Below, piece after piece: positions 29,498 through 37,478 of a stretch of 64,000 nt of DNA (the stretch's first letter is position 1; each line of letters opens with the position of its first letter). Where the stretch lies: assembly GCA_902601455.1 (NCBI GenBank), contig CACKNC010000006.1:6875-70874 (forward strand), given 5' to 3'. The notes beneath the pieces are model-generated. The model did not search any database. It had not been told where the DNA came from and saw nothing but the letters and a program-made list of their open reading frames with translations. The position numbers and the translations under genes are program-made. The stretch is from an uncultured Alphaproteobacteria bacterium. Its GTDB lineage: Bacteria; Pseudomonadota; Alphaproteobacteria; HIMB59; GCA-002718135.

Positions 29498-29517
29498 TTA
29501 TTCAATATATTGAATAA
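29498..29517. promoter_or_regulatory. Perfect 20-bp palindrome TTATTCAATATATTGAATAA between the LacI gene and the CUT1 operon
   Basis: Read directly; it is its own reverse complement. It is followed at 29518-29537 by the related TTATTCA-ttttat-TGAAT. Confidence 0.6.
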
Positions 29518-29579
29518 TTATTCATTTTATTGAATTTATATGTAATATCAATAATATTTTAATTATTATGGGGATTCAT

Positions 29580-30794
29580 ATGAAAAAATTATTTATACTA
29601 TTTTCAGTTATTGCATCTTTTTCCTTAGTTGGTTTAAGTTCTGCAAAAGCTTGTGAAAATAAAAACGATGTTCCATTAACATCTCTAACTTCTGGATTTG
29701 ACGCATGGAAAGTTGTTACGAGTGCTATGGAAGAATGTGGTAATTACACACCAACACTTGATCAAGAATACAAAGACAAAATCGTTGCAGCACTTGATAG
29801 TAATCCATCACAGTATGCCTTAGCGGGTGTATCTGCATCTACAAATGTTGCAGTTCTTGATGCAGGACTGACTAGACCACTTGATGATTTGATTGCTAAG
29901 CATGGTGGTGCTTTACAAGATAACCAAAAGGTTACAATTAATGGTCAAGTCATGGCAATTGCTATGATGACAAATGCTCAACATTTATTTTACAGAGAAG
30001 ATATTTTCAATGATCTGGGTATTGACGTGCCAACCACTTACGATGAAGTGATCAAAGCTGCTAAAGTTATTCAAAATGCTGGAGTAGTAGATTATCCTTT
30101 GGGAGCTACATTTAAAGTTGGTTGGAATTTGGGTGAAGAATTTGTAAACATGTATTTAGGTTATGCTGATACTTTCTTTGATGGAAATATGCCTGCTGTA
30201 AATAATGCAAATGGTTACGAAACTCTTAAAATGCTAAAAAAACTTACTGAATATATGGATCCAGAATATTTGAATTCTGATTCTACATACGTTCAACAGC
30301 AATTCCAACAAGGTAAAATTGCAATGGCAAATTTATGGGCTTCTAGAGCTGGCGCAATGGATAATGCTGAAGAGTCAAGCGTTGTCGGATTAGTTAAATT
30401 TGCATCAGCACCTGCTGCGAAAAAAGGAGGAAAGCCTGCTTCTACTCTTTGGTGGGATGGAGTTGTTATTGCAAAAAATATTTCTGATGAAGAAGCGGAA
30501 GCTGCATTTAAACTAGCTATGGTTGGTTTAGATCCTGCAAATTTAGGTGCAAGCCCTGAGGCCGCACCATGGATTTCAAATGCTTTTGATCCAGCGCCTT
30601 CAAATATTGGAGCTGTTATGACTGCAAAAGGAGGGGCTGCCCCTTATCCTGCTTCCGCACAAATGAGTACTTTGCATGGAGTTTTAGGTAACGTGCTTCC
30701 TGACTATTTAACTGGTGCTGCAACTGCTAAAGCTACACTCGAAAAAATAGAAGCAGATTATATAACTGCTGCAACAGAAAAAGGACTTTTATAA
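29580..30794 (+). CDS. ABC transporter substrate-binding protein, family 1 (CUT1 sugar/polyol type)
   Basis: The ORF track starts at 29568, but ATG 29580 (GGGGA 5 nt upstream) gives the lipobox-free signal peptide MKKLFILFSVIASFSLVGLSSAKA. The product is about 404 aa, typical of SBP_bac_1, and is followed by MalF/MalG-type permeases. Confidence 0.85.
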   Translation: MKKLFILFSVIASFSLVGLSSAKACENKNDVPLTSLTSGFDAWKVVTSAMEECGNYTPTLDQEYKDKIVAALDSNPSQYALAGVSASTNVAVLDAGLTRPLDDLIAKHGGALQDNQKVTINGQVMAIAMMTNAQHLFYREDIFNDLGIDVPTTYDEVIKAAKVIQNAGVVDYPLGATFKVGWNLGEEFVNMYLGYADTFFDGNMPAVNNANGYETLKMLKKLTEYMDPEYLNSDSTYVQQQFQQGKIAMANLWASRAGAMDNAEESSVVGLVKFASAPAAKKGGKPASTLWWDGVVIAKNISDEEAEAAFKLAMVGLDPANLGASPEAAPWISNAFDPAPSNIGAVMTAKGGAAPYPASAQMSTLHGVLGNVLPDYLTGAATAKATLEKIEADYITAATEKGLL

Positions 30795-30803
30795 AACTTT
30801 AAA

Positions 30804-30840
30804 ATACCCTCTACTTTAAATTAGAGTAGAGGGTATCTTT
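30804..30840 (+). terminator. Intercistronic stem-loop plus T-run after the binding-protein gene
   Basis: ATACCCTCTACT (30804-30815) pairs with AGTAGAGGGTAT (30825-30836), followed by CTTTT. Confidence 0.65.
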
Positions 30841-30842
30841 TC

Positions 30843-31862
30843 ATGAACAGAAAAACTTTTTTAATTTTTACTATGCCATCATTTATGATGATGGTATTTT
30901 TTATTGCCATTCCATTATTTTTAGTCTTTTTTCAAAGTTTTCATTTCAAACAAGATATTTTAGAGATTGTAGAAAGAGAAAAGTGTGATCCTTTTGGATG
31001 TAAAACAGAAATTTTAAAAGTTCCCGTACTAGATGAAAAAGGAAATAGGACTAAAATTAATATATGGGTTGGTTGGCAAAATTATAAAAATATTTTACAG
31101 TTTGAAGAATTAAATTCAATAATTAAAAATAATGGTTACTCTTGGTCAGCAATACAATCTATTGATTTCTATCAAGCTCTAAGATTTACAATAACTTTTA
31201 CATTTATTACATTACCTTTTGTTCTTTTTTTTGGTATGTGTTTAGCGCTATGTGTAAATAACTTGGTAAATAGATTAAAAGGGCCAGTAATTTTTATAAC
31301 TTTATTACCCTTCATAATTACCCCTGTTATTGGTTCTTTATCAATTAAATGGTTATTTATTGGTGATGGTATAGTCACCTCTTTATTGGAATATATCTTA
31401 GATAAAGATATTGCTGTTTTTGCTAAAGCTTGGTCAATTGAGCTTTTGGTTTTGTTTTATAGAATTTGGCACACAACTCCCTTTGCTTTTGTAATATTTT
31501 ATGCGGCTTTACAGACAGTTGATAAAGACAGAATAGAAGCAGCTTTTGTTGATGGTGCTAATAGATTTCAGCGACTTCGATACATAGTCATTCCTCATAT
31601 AATGCCTCTTATAGTTTTTGTTACACTTATTCATTTAATGGATGCTTATAGGGTATATGATGAAATAGTCGGTTTTGGTGCAGAGGGATTTTTAAACTCA
31701 CTTCAATGGATGACTTATGATTTTTTAAGACTAGATGACTCAGGAAGCAGGTATATTGGAAGGGCATCAGCAACATCAATGCTTACAATGATTGGAATTG
31801 TAATAATTTTAATTCCTGTTTTACGAAGAGTTTTTAGAGAACAGAAAGAGAAGAAGAATTAA
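30843..31862 (+). CDS. ABC transporter permease (MalF/UgpA-like)
   Basis: 339 aa polytopic protein with EAA-type loop IEAAFVDGANRFQRLRYIVIPHIMP. Confidence 0.85.
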   Translation: MNRKTFLIFTMPSFMMMVFFIAIPLFLVFFQSFHFKQDILEIVEREKCDPFGCKTEILKVPVLDEKGNRTKINIWVGWQNYKNILQFEELNSIIKNNGYSWSAIQSIDFYQALRFTITFTFITLPFVLFFGMCLALCVNNLVNRLKGPVIFITLLPFIITPVIGSLSIKWLFIGDGIVTSLLEYILDKDIAVFAKAWSIELLVLFYRIWHTTPFAFVIFYAALQTVDKDRIEAAFVDGANRFQRLRYIVIPHIMPLIVFVTLIHLMDAYRVYDEIVGFGAEGFLNSLQWMTYDFLRLDDSGSRYIGRASATSMLTMIGIVIILIPVLRRVFREQKEKKN

Positions 31863-32995
31863 TGGAAAGCAAATTATTTAATTTGTCGATAAGCTTAAAA
31901 GTGATAGTTGGTATTTCTATTATACTATGGGCTTTTATTGCTCTATTTCCTCTTTTGTGGGTCTTCATAATGTCGATTAAGTTACCTATTGACTCTTTTG
32001 CCTCAAATCCCTTGAATGTAATTATTGGCCCTAATACATTAAAGCAGGTAGGTGGACTTTCATTCATAAATTTAATATTTTTGTGTTTTTCAATTTATAT
32101 TTATTTTAAATTTTTCAAAAGTCGTAAACATTCTTTTTTGAAAATAAATAATCTAACCAATAACAAATTAATATCATTTTTATTATTGGTCTTAATTTTC
32201 ATCGCTTTATTTTTAGTGTTATTTTTATTTTTCAATACGCACATTGCAAATTTTCTAAATAATATTTTTGAGTATATTCCTTTTTTAAAAATACTTTCTA
32301 AACCTTTGATAGGCTTTACTACTCAACATTTTGTTGCTGTTTGGTCAGAAAATGAATTTTATATACAATTTCTAAATACAGCTTTAGTTACCTTGGGTGT
32401 TGTGTCAATTTCATTAACTGTAGGCACTCTTGCAGGCTACGCTTTATCAAGAAGTAGTTCTGTGATAGCTTTTTGGTTGTTAGTTGCGGCATTAGTATTT
32501 AGAGCCCTTCCACATTCAGTTCTTGTGACTGGTTATTTAGAACTATTTATAGATTATGGCCTCTATGGAAAAAAAATAGCTGTGATTATACTGTTGGTTG
32601 CAATTAACCAGCCTTTTACGATTTGGATGTTAAGATCATTTTTTATGAATATTCCTCAAGATCTAGATGAAGCAGCTCAGATAGATGGATGTAATCCTTT
32701 TCAAGCGTTCTGGATGGTAATTATGCCTTTAATGTGGCCTGGAGTTATTACTACAGGACTTTTTTCTTTTTTATTAGCTTATAATGATTACCTTGTATGT
32801 GCTCTGTTACTTGATGGTCAATCGCAAACTATGGTACCTGCTATTATGCAATACTTTAATATGGAAACAACAATGACAGATTTAGTAGAGTCTATTGCTG
32901 CTGCTGCATCAATAACATTACCTTTATTTATTTTGGTTATGTTTTTTCAAAAACAAATAGTATCTGGATTAACTCAAGGATCTGTAAAAGGTTAA
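31862..32995 (+). CDS. ABC transporter permease (MalG/UgpE-like) with an extra roughly 100-aa hydrophobic insertion
   Basis: 377 aa with EAA loop DEAAQIDGCNPFQAFWMVIMPLMWP. The insert after TM1 contains two extra hydrophobic helices (LSFINLIFLCFSIYIYFKFF and LISFLLLVLIFIALFLVLFLFF). Confidence 0.8.
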   Translation: MESKLFNLSISLKVIVGISIILWAFIALFPLLWVFIMSIKLPIDSFASNPLNVIIGPNTLKQVGGLSFINLIFLCFSIYIYFKFFKSRKHSFLKINNLTNNKLISFLLLVLIFIALFLVLFLFFNTHIANFLNNIFEYIPFLKILSKPLIGFTTQHFVAVWSENEFYIQFLNTALVTLGVVSISLTVGTLAGYALSRSSSVIAFWLLVAALVFRALPHSVLVTGYLELFIDYGLYGKKIAVIILLVAINQPFTIWMLRSFFMNIPQDLDEAAQIDGCNPFQAFWMVIMPLMWPGVITTGLFSFLLAYNDYLVCALLLDGQSQTMVPAIMQYFNMETTMTDLVESIAAAASITLPLFILVMFFQKQIVSGLTQGSVKG

Positions 32996-32996
32996 T

Positions 32997-33653
32997 TTGA
33001 CTTATAATTCATTATTTTTTGGTTCTATTGGGACTATTATAGAAACATCAGAATTGCAAAGAGAGTCATTTAATGAGGCTTTTAAAGAAGCAGGACTAGA
33101 TTGGTATTGGGATCAAGAGGATTATAGATTATTGCTTAAACAATCTGGTGGTACAAAAAGAATAGAGGATTTTGCAGAAAAAAATAACTCAACAGTTCAA
33201 GCACAACAAATTAGAGAGAGAAAAACAGAAATTTTTAATCAAAAATTATTGACTGAAAAAATGATGCCAAGGCAAGGTGTAATCGATTTAATTGAATATG
33301 CAAAAAATAATCAACTTAAATTAGGATTTGTAACATCTACTACAAAAGATAATATTAACTCTATTTTTTTGGCATTAAAAAATTATTTTAACAAGGATGA
33401 TTTTGATTTTGTAGGTAATAACACAATGGTAAAAAATCCTAAACCTCATTCTGATATTTATATCGAGGCAATTAAAATACTCAATGTTGAGCCTAAAGAA
33501 TGTATAGCAATTGAAGATTCTAGAGCAAGTGCGCTATCTGCGCATAATGCAAAAGTTCCATGTATTGCTTTTCCTGGATTATTTCATGAAGAAGATAATT
33601 TTGATTTTTGTTCTAAAATAATGTTGAAATTAGACACTTCTATTTTTAATTAG
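32997..33653 (+). CDS. HAD-like protein with both motif-I aspartates replaced
   Basis: 218 aa with a TTG start, the only in-frame start after the upstream stop. Motif I reads FFGSIGTIIETSE where DxDGT is expected. Motifs II (VTSTT), III (KPHSDIY) and IV (IAIEDSRAS) are present. Confidence 0.65.
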   Translation: MTYNSLFFGSIGTIIETSELQRESFNEAFKEAGLDWYWDQEDYRLLLKQSGGTKRIEDFAEKNNSTVQAQQIRERKTEIFNQKLLTEKMMPRQGVIDLIEYAKNNQLKLGFVTSTTKDNINSIFLALKNYFNKDDFDFVGNNTMVKNPKPHSDIYIEAIKILNVEPKECIAIEDSRASALSAHNAKVPCIAFPGLFHEEDNFDFCSKIMLKLDTSIFN

Positions 33654-33662
33654 TTGCAAAGC

Positions 33663-33680
33663 TATCAATAAATATTGATA
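33663..33680. promoter_or_regulatory. Inverted repeat TATCAATA-aa-TATTGATA immediately upstream of the SDR gene
   Basis: Read directly. It has 8-bp perfect arms and a 2-nt spacer, and ends 8 nt before ATG 33689. Confidence 0.45.
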
Positions 33681-33688
33681 TAGAAGAA

Positions 33689-34456
33689 ATGTATTTACAA
33701 AAATTTGAAGTTAAAAATAAAACCGCCTTAGTAACAGGTGCTGGTAAAGGCATTGGTAAAGCATCAGCTATTGCTTTAGCAGAAGCGGGAGCAAATTTAA
33801 TTATTTTAAGTCGTACCAAAAGTGATCTTGAAAAAGTAAATAAAGAAATTATTAAATTAAAAAGAAAATGTGTAACTTACGATTGTGATGTTTCTAATTT
33901 TGAAGAATTAAGATCAGTATTCAATCAAATTTCAACACTTGATATAATCGTTAATAATGCAGGTACTAACCGACCTGAACATTTTACAAAAATTAATAAA
34001 GAAGACATGGATTACGTCGTTGATTTAAATTTGAAAGCAGCTTTTCATGTTGCGCAAATGGGTGCTAAAGTAATGACCAAGAAAAAAAATAGAAAATCTA
34101 TTGGTGGTTCTATTATTAATGTTTCTTCTCAGCTTGGTAAAGTTGGAGCTCCCAAAAGAAGCATATATAATATGACAAAATTTGGAATTGAGGGATTAAC
34201 GCGAGGAATGGCTTTGGATTTAGCAAAAAATAATATTCGAGTAAATACTGTCTGCCCGACATTCGTTGAAACTCCCATGGTGAAAAAATTTTTTAAAGAT
34301 AAAAAATTTAAAAAAGAAATGATTAATAATATACCACTCGGAAGACTTGCCACTGAAAGTGATATTGCAACAGCCATTGTTTATTTAGCTTCAAATGCAT
34401 CTTCAATGATTACTGGATCATCATTAATGATAGATGGTGGCTGGACAGCAAAATAA
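33689..34456 (+). CDS. Short-chain dehydrogenase/reductase (SDR)
   Basis: 255 aa with TGAGKGIGKA, NNAG and the catalytic YNMTKFG (YxxxK). Confidence 0.9.
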   Translation: MYLQKFEVKNKTALVTGAGKGIGKASAIALAEAGANLIILSRTKSDLEKVNKEIIKLKRKCVTYDCDVSNFEELRSVFNQISTLDIIVNNAGTNRPEHFTKINKEDMDYVVDLNLKAAFHVAQMGAKVMTKKKNRKSIGGSIINVSSQLGKVGAPKRSIYNMTKFGIEGLTRGMALDLAKNNIRVNTVCPTFVETPMVKKFFKDKKFKKEMINNIPLGRLATESDIATAIVYLASNASSMITGSSLMIDGGWTAK

Positions 34457-35529
34457 TGAAATCAGAAGAATTAAAAAAATATTTTGTTGATTATCAACTT
34501 ACTCTACAAAATTGTAATAAAGACTCAATTAATAATTCTCTAAAAAAATATTTCTCAAATAATTCTTTAATTCATTTTTGTCATCCTTTTGGATCTTTTA
34601 GTGGATTAGATAGTTTGTTATCTAAATGTTTATTGCCCTTAATTGAAAGTATCCCTGATTTAGAAAGAAGAGATATGATTGTTATGGCAGGAACTACGCC
34701 TGAAGGAAAAGATTGGATAGGTACCATGGGCAATTACATGGGAACTTTTCTAAAACCATTTTTAGATATTCCTCCAACTGGTAATTTAATTCATATGCGG
34801 TATCATGAATTTTTCCAAATTGAAAATAATCAAATTATTGAAATGCAGTCTATATGGGATTTGCCAGAATTAATGATGCAAGCAAATGCTTGGCCTATGG
34901 CTCCTCAATTGGGAGCTTTTTTATGTACACCTTCTCCAATGACGGGTGATGGCTTATCAATAAGTGGTGATGGAAAAAAAAATTTAGACCATGTAATTGA
35001 TATGCTGCATGGCTTATCCAAACATCCAAGTAATCCCGATCCAAAAATTATGGAATTAGAAAAATACTGGCACCCAAAAGTTAATTGGTATGGACCTGCT
35101 GGTATTGGTACTGGAAGAGGTATAGCTGGTTTTAGGCATTGGCATCAAATTCCTTTTTTGCGAGCTATGCCAGATCGTAAAGGAGGTTCATCAAATGAAA
35201 AATTAGCCTTTGAAGGTATGGAAGATTTACAAACGCATTGGATGCATGAAGGAAATTATGTTTGTGAAACAGGTTGGCCTAACATGCGGTTAACAATTAC
35301 AAATGATGGATGGATGGGGATAGCTCCATCAAAACAACCACTGGAGATGCGTAGTTTAGATTTTTGGCGAATTGAAAATGGATTAATTAGAGAAAACTGG
35401 GTGTTAATCGATTTACTTGACATTTACAGGCAAATCAATGTTGATGTCTTTGATAGAATTAAGGAATTTAATAAAGCGAAAAACATAGGTGAAATAAATT
35501 TATCAAATGGCCTAAATAGTATTAAGTAA
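34456..35529 (+). CDS. Tandem NTF2-like (SnoaL/ester-cyclase-like) protein, function unknown; paralog of 22757-23854
   Basis: 357 aa. See the shared blocks listed for 22757-23854. There is a 1-nt overlap with the SDR gene. Confidence 0.6.
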   Translation: MKSEELKKYFVDYQLTLQNCNKDSINNSLKKYFSNNSLIHFCHPFGSFSGLDSLLSKCLLPLIESIPDLERRDMIVMAGTTPEGKDWIGTMGNYMGTFLKPFLDIPPTGNLIHMRYHEFFQIENNQIIEMQSIWDLPELMMQANAWPMAPQLGAFLCTPSPMTGDGLSISGDGKKNLDHVIDMLHGLSKHPSNPDPKIMELEKYWHPKVNWYGPAGIGTGRGIAGFRHWHQIPFLRAMPDRKGGSSNEKLAFEGMEDLQTHWMHEGNYVCETGWPNMRLTITNDGWMGIAPSKQPLEMRSLDFWRIENGLIRENWVLIDLLDIYRQINVDVFDRIKEFNKAKNIGEINLSNGLNSIK

Positions 35530-35531
35530 TT

Positions 35532-36434
35532 TTAATTTATTGTAGCTCTATCAACCTGAATGGGCTTTAAGGTACCTTTTTTCTTAAATGCTTCTCGGTA
35601 AGTTATATAGACAACAGAAATAAAGATAATCACTCCTCCAACCCATGTCCAAATATCTGGCTGTTCAGAAAAAATAAATAGACCTATTAGTGAAGCCCAA
35701 ATTAGTTTTGTAAACTGTAGAGGCATTACAAAAGTCGTATCAGACATTTTAAATGCTTGAGCTAGACACCAGTGAGAAAGCAATCCTGAAGCACCCATCA
35801 AAATAAAAATTATTAATTGATTCAGGTTTATATTTTCCCAATAAAAAAATGATAAAATAAAAAAAGCAGGTGTCATATATAATAAATGATAAAAAATAAT
35901 TGTAAGACTTGAATCAGTTGCAGATAATTTTTTTACAAAAATCAGCACAAAAGAAAAACTAAAAGATGCAATTAACATCAAAATAGTTCCAAGCTCAAAA
36001 GGCATATATCCTGGTCGTATAATTATTAAAATTCCTACAAAACCTAATAAAAGCGCTGCAGTACGATGAAAACGAATAACTTCTCCAAGAATTAAAACTG
36101 CAAGTACAGTTGTGAATAAAGGTGTTGTAAAACCAAGTGCTGTAGCCTTTTCAAAATGCATCATCCCAATAGCACTAAACCAACAAATCATCGAAATAAT
36201 ATTGATGAGTGCTCTGAAAATTTGCAAATGCATATTATCTGTTTGAAGAGCTCTAAAGTTATTTCTTGCAACAAATGGAGTAATAATAATTAACCCCATC
36301 AAGCATCGGTAAAAGCAAATAATAATTGGGTGGAGTTCATTGGATAGCAGTTTTACACCAGCTCCCATAAATGAGCCAAATAAAGTTGCTCCTATTGCTA
36401 AAAGTGCAACAGTTAAAAATTTATTTCTTTTCAC
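35532..36434 (-). CDS. DMT-superfamily (EamA-like) permease
   Basis: 300 aa with 10 hydrophobic helices in a two-EamA-repeat architecture. Confidence 0.8.
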   Translation of the reverse strand: MKRNKFLTVALLAIGATLFGSFMGAGVKLLSNELHPIIICFYRCLMGLIIITPFVARNNFRALQTDNMHLQIFRALINIISMICWFSAIGMMHFEKATALGFTTPLFTTVLAVLILGEVIRFHRTAALLLGFVGILIIIRPGYMPFELGTILMLIASFSFSFVLIFVKKLSATDSSLTIIFYHLLYMTPAFFILSFFYWENINLNQLIIFILMGASGLLSHWCLAQAFKMSDTTFVMPLQFTKLIWASLIGLFIFSEQPDIWTWVGGVIIFISVVYITYREAFKKKGTLKPIQVDRATIN

Positions 36435-37345
36435 TATTGTGCAGCTATAACTGAAGCTGCAATAGAAGCTATACGAGAAGATGAACTATCTGCTCTACTT
36501 GTTACAACAACAGGGACTTTACCTCCAACAATAAAACCTGCTGCACAAGCTCCCATAAAATATACCATTATTTTTGATATTGAATTACCTGTCTCTAAAT
36601 TTGGAACTAAAAGTATATCAGCTTGACCCGCTACTTCATTAGAAATATTTTTTATGGCTGCTGCCTGAGGAGAAACAGCATTGTCAAAAGCTAAAGGTCC
36701 ATGAACATAGGCTTCTATATTTTCTTTAATTGCTCGTTCCATTATTTCTTTTGCTTCTATTGAACTTGGCATACTTTCAATAGGATCTTCTGTTCCTGAT
36801 AGTATTGCAACTTTTGGTTTGGATATATTTATACGTTTAGCAAAATCAATAACATTTTTAAGTATATGCATTTTAACATCTACTCTGGGTGCAACATTTA
36901 ATGCTCCATCAGTTATAAAAAGAGGTTTATCATTTTCCGATAAAGTCATATGCCAAATATGACTTAATCTTTTTCCCTCAATGAGTCCAAATTCTTTTTT
37001 TAAGTATGTTCTCATTAAAACATCGGTATGAAGATTGCCTTTAATCATGATTTTTATTTTATTATCTCGGGCAAGTTCAGCTCCAGTTATTGCGGCTTCT
37101 TTGTCATCAGAAGAATGAATTATTTCGTAAGGATTTAAATCCCATTTAATTTGTTCTGCTTTATCTTTGATGGTATTTTTATCACCTATAAAAACAGGCT
37201 TTATTAGATCTAATTCAACTGACTTTTTTGCTGATTCCATCGAGGATTCATGATCGGCACATACAATTCCTGCATTCATACCAGGTGTTTTTTTGGCTAC
37301 TGATATTAAATTATTTGGAATTTTAGCTTCTTTAGATGTTAGCAT
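36434..37345 (-). CDS. pta: Phosphate acetyltransferase (short PTA_PTB form)
   Basis: 303 aa. Blocks FITDGALNVAP and ADILLVPNLETGN, plus the C-terminal SRADSSSSRIASIA, are typical of phosphate acetyl/butyryl transferases. The short form is the kind found with xsc. Confidence 0.75.
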   Translation of the reverse strand: MLTSKEAKIPNNLISVAKKTPGMNAGIVCADHESSMESAKKSVELDLIKPVFIGDKNTIKDKAEQIKWDLNPYEIIHSSDDKEAAITGAELARDNKIKIMIKGNLHTDVLMRTYLKKEFGLIEGKRLSHIWHMTLSENDKPLFITDGALNVAPRVDVKMHILKNVIDFAKRINISKPKVAILSGTEDPIESMPSSIEAKEIMERAIKENIEAYVHGPLAFDNAVSPQAAAIKNISNEVAGQADILLVPNLETGNSISKIMVYFMGACAAGFIVGGKVPVVVTSRADSSSSRIASIAASVIAAQ

Positions 37346-37478
37346 AATTGATAATTTTTCTTCTATACTAGGGCGTCAATTTTTCCTACGAAATTAAGCT
37401 TTTGTAAGAGAATTCCTCTTGGATTAGCTATGTGGATAATATATGGCTTAGTTAAATTTGCCAAATTAGGGATTGATT

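Noticed and set aside
37346-37478. The 130-nt leader upstream of the aminotransferase, considered as a possible riboswitch. It contains a small hairpin, AAGAG-aattc-CTCTT, at about 37406-37420.
   Set aside because: I could not recognise any known riboswitch core and found no extended nested helices. The hairpin is only 5 bp. It most likely holds divergent promoters, possibly with a small operator.
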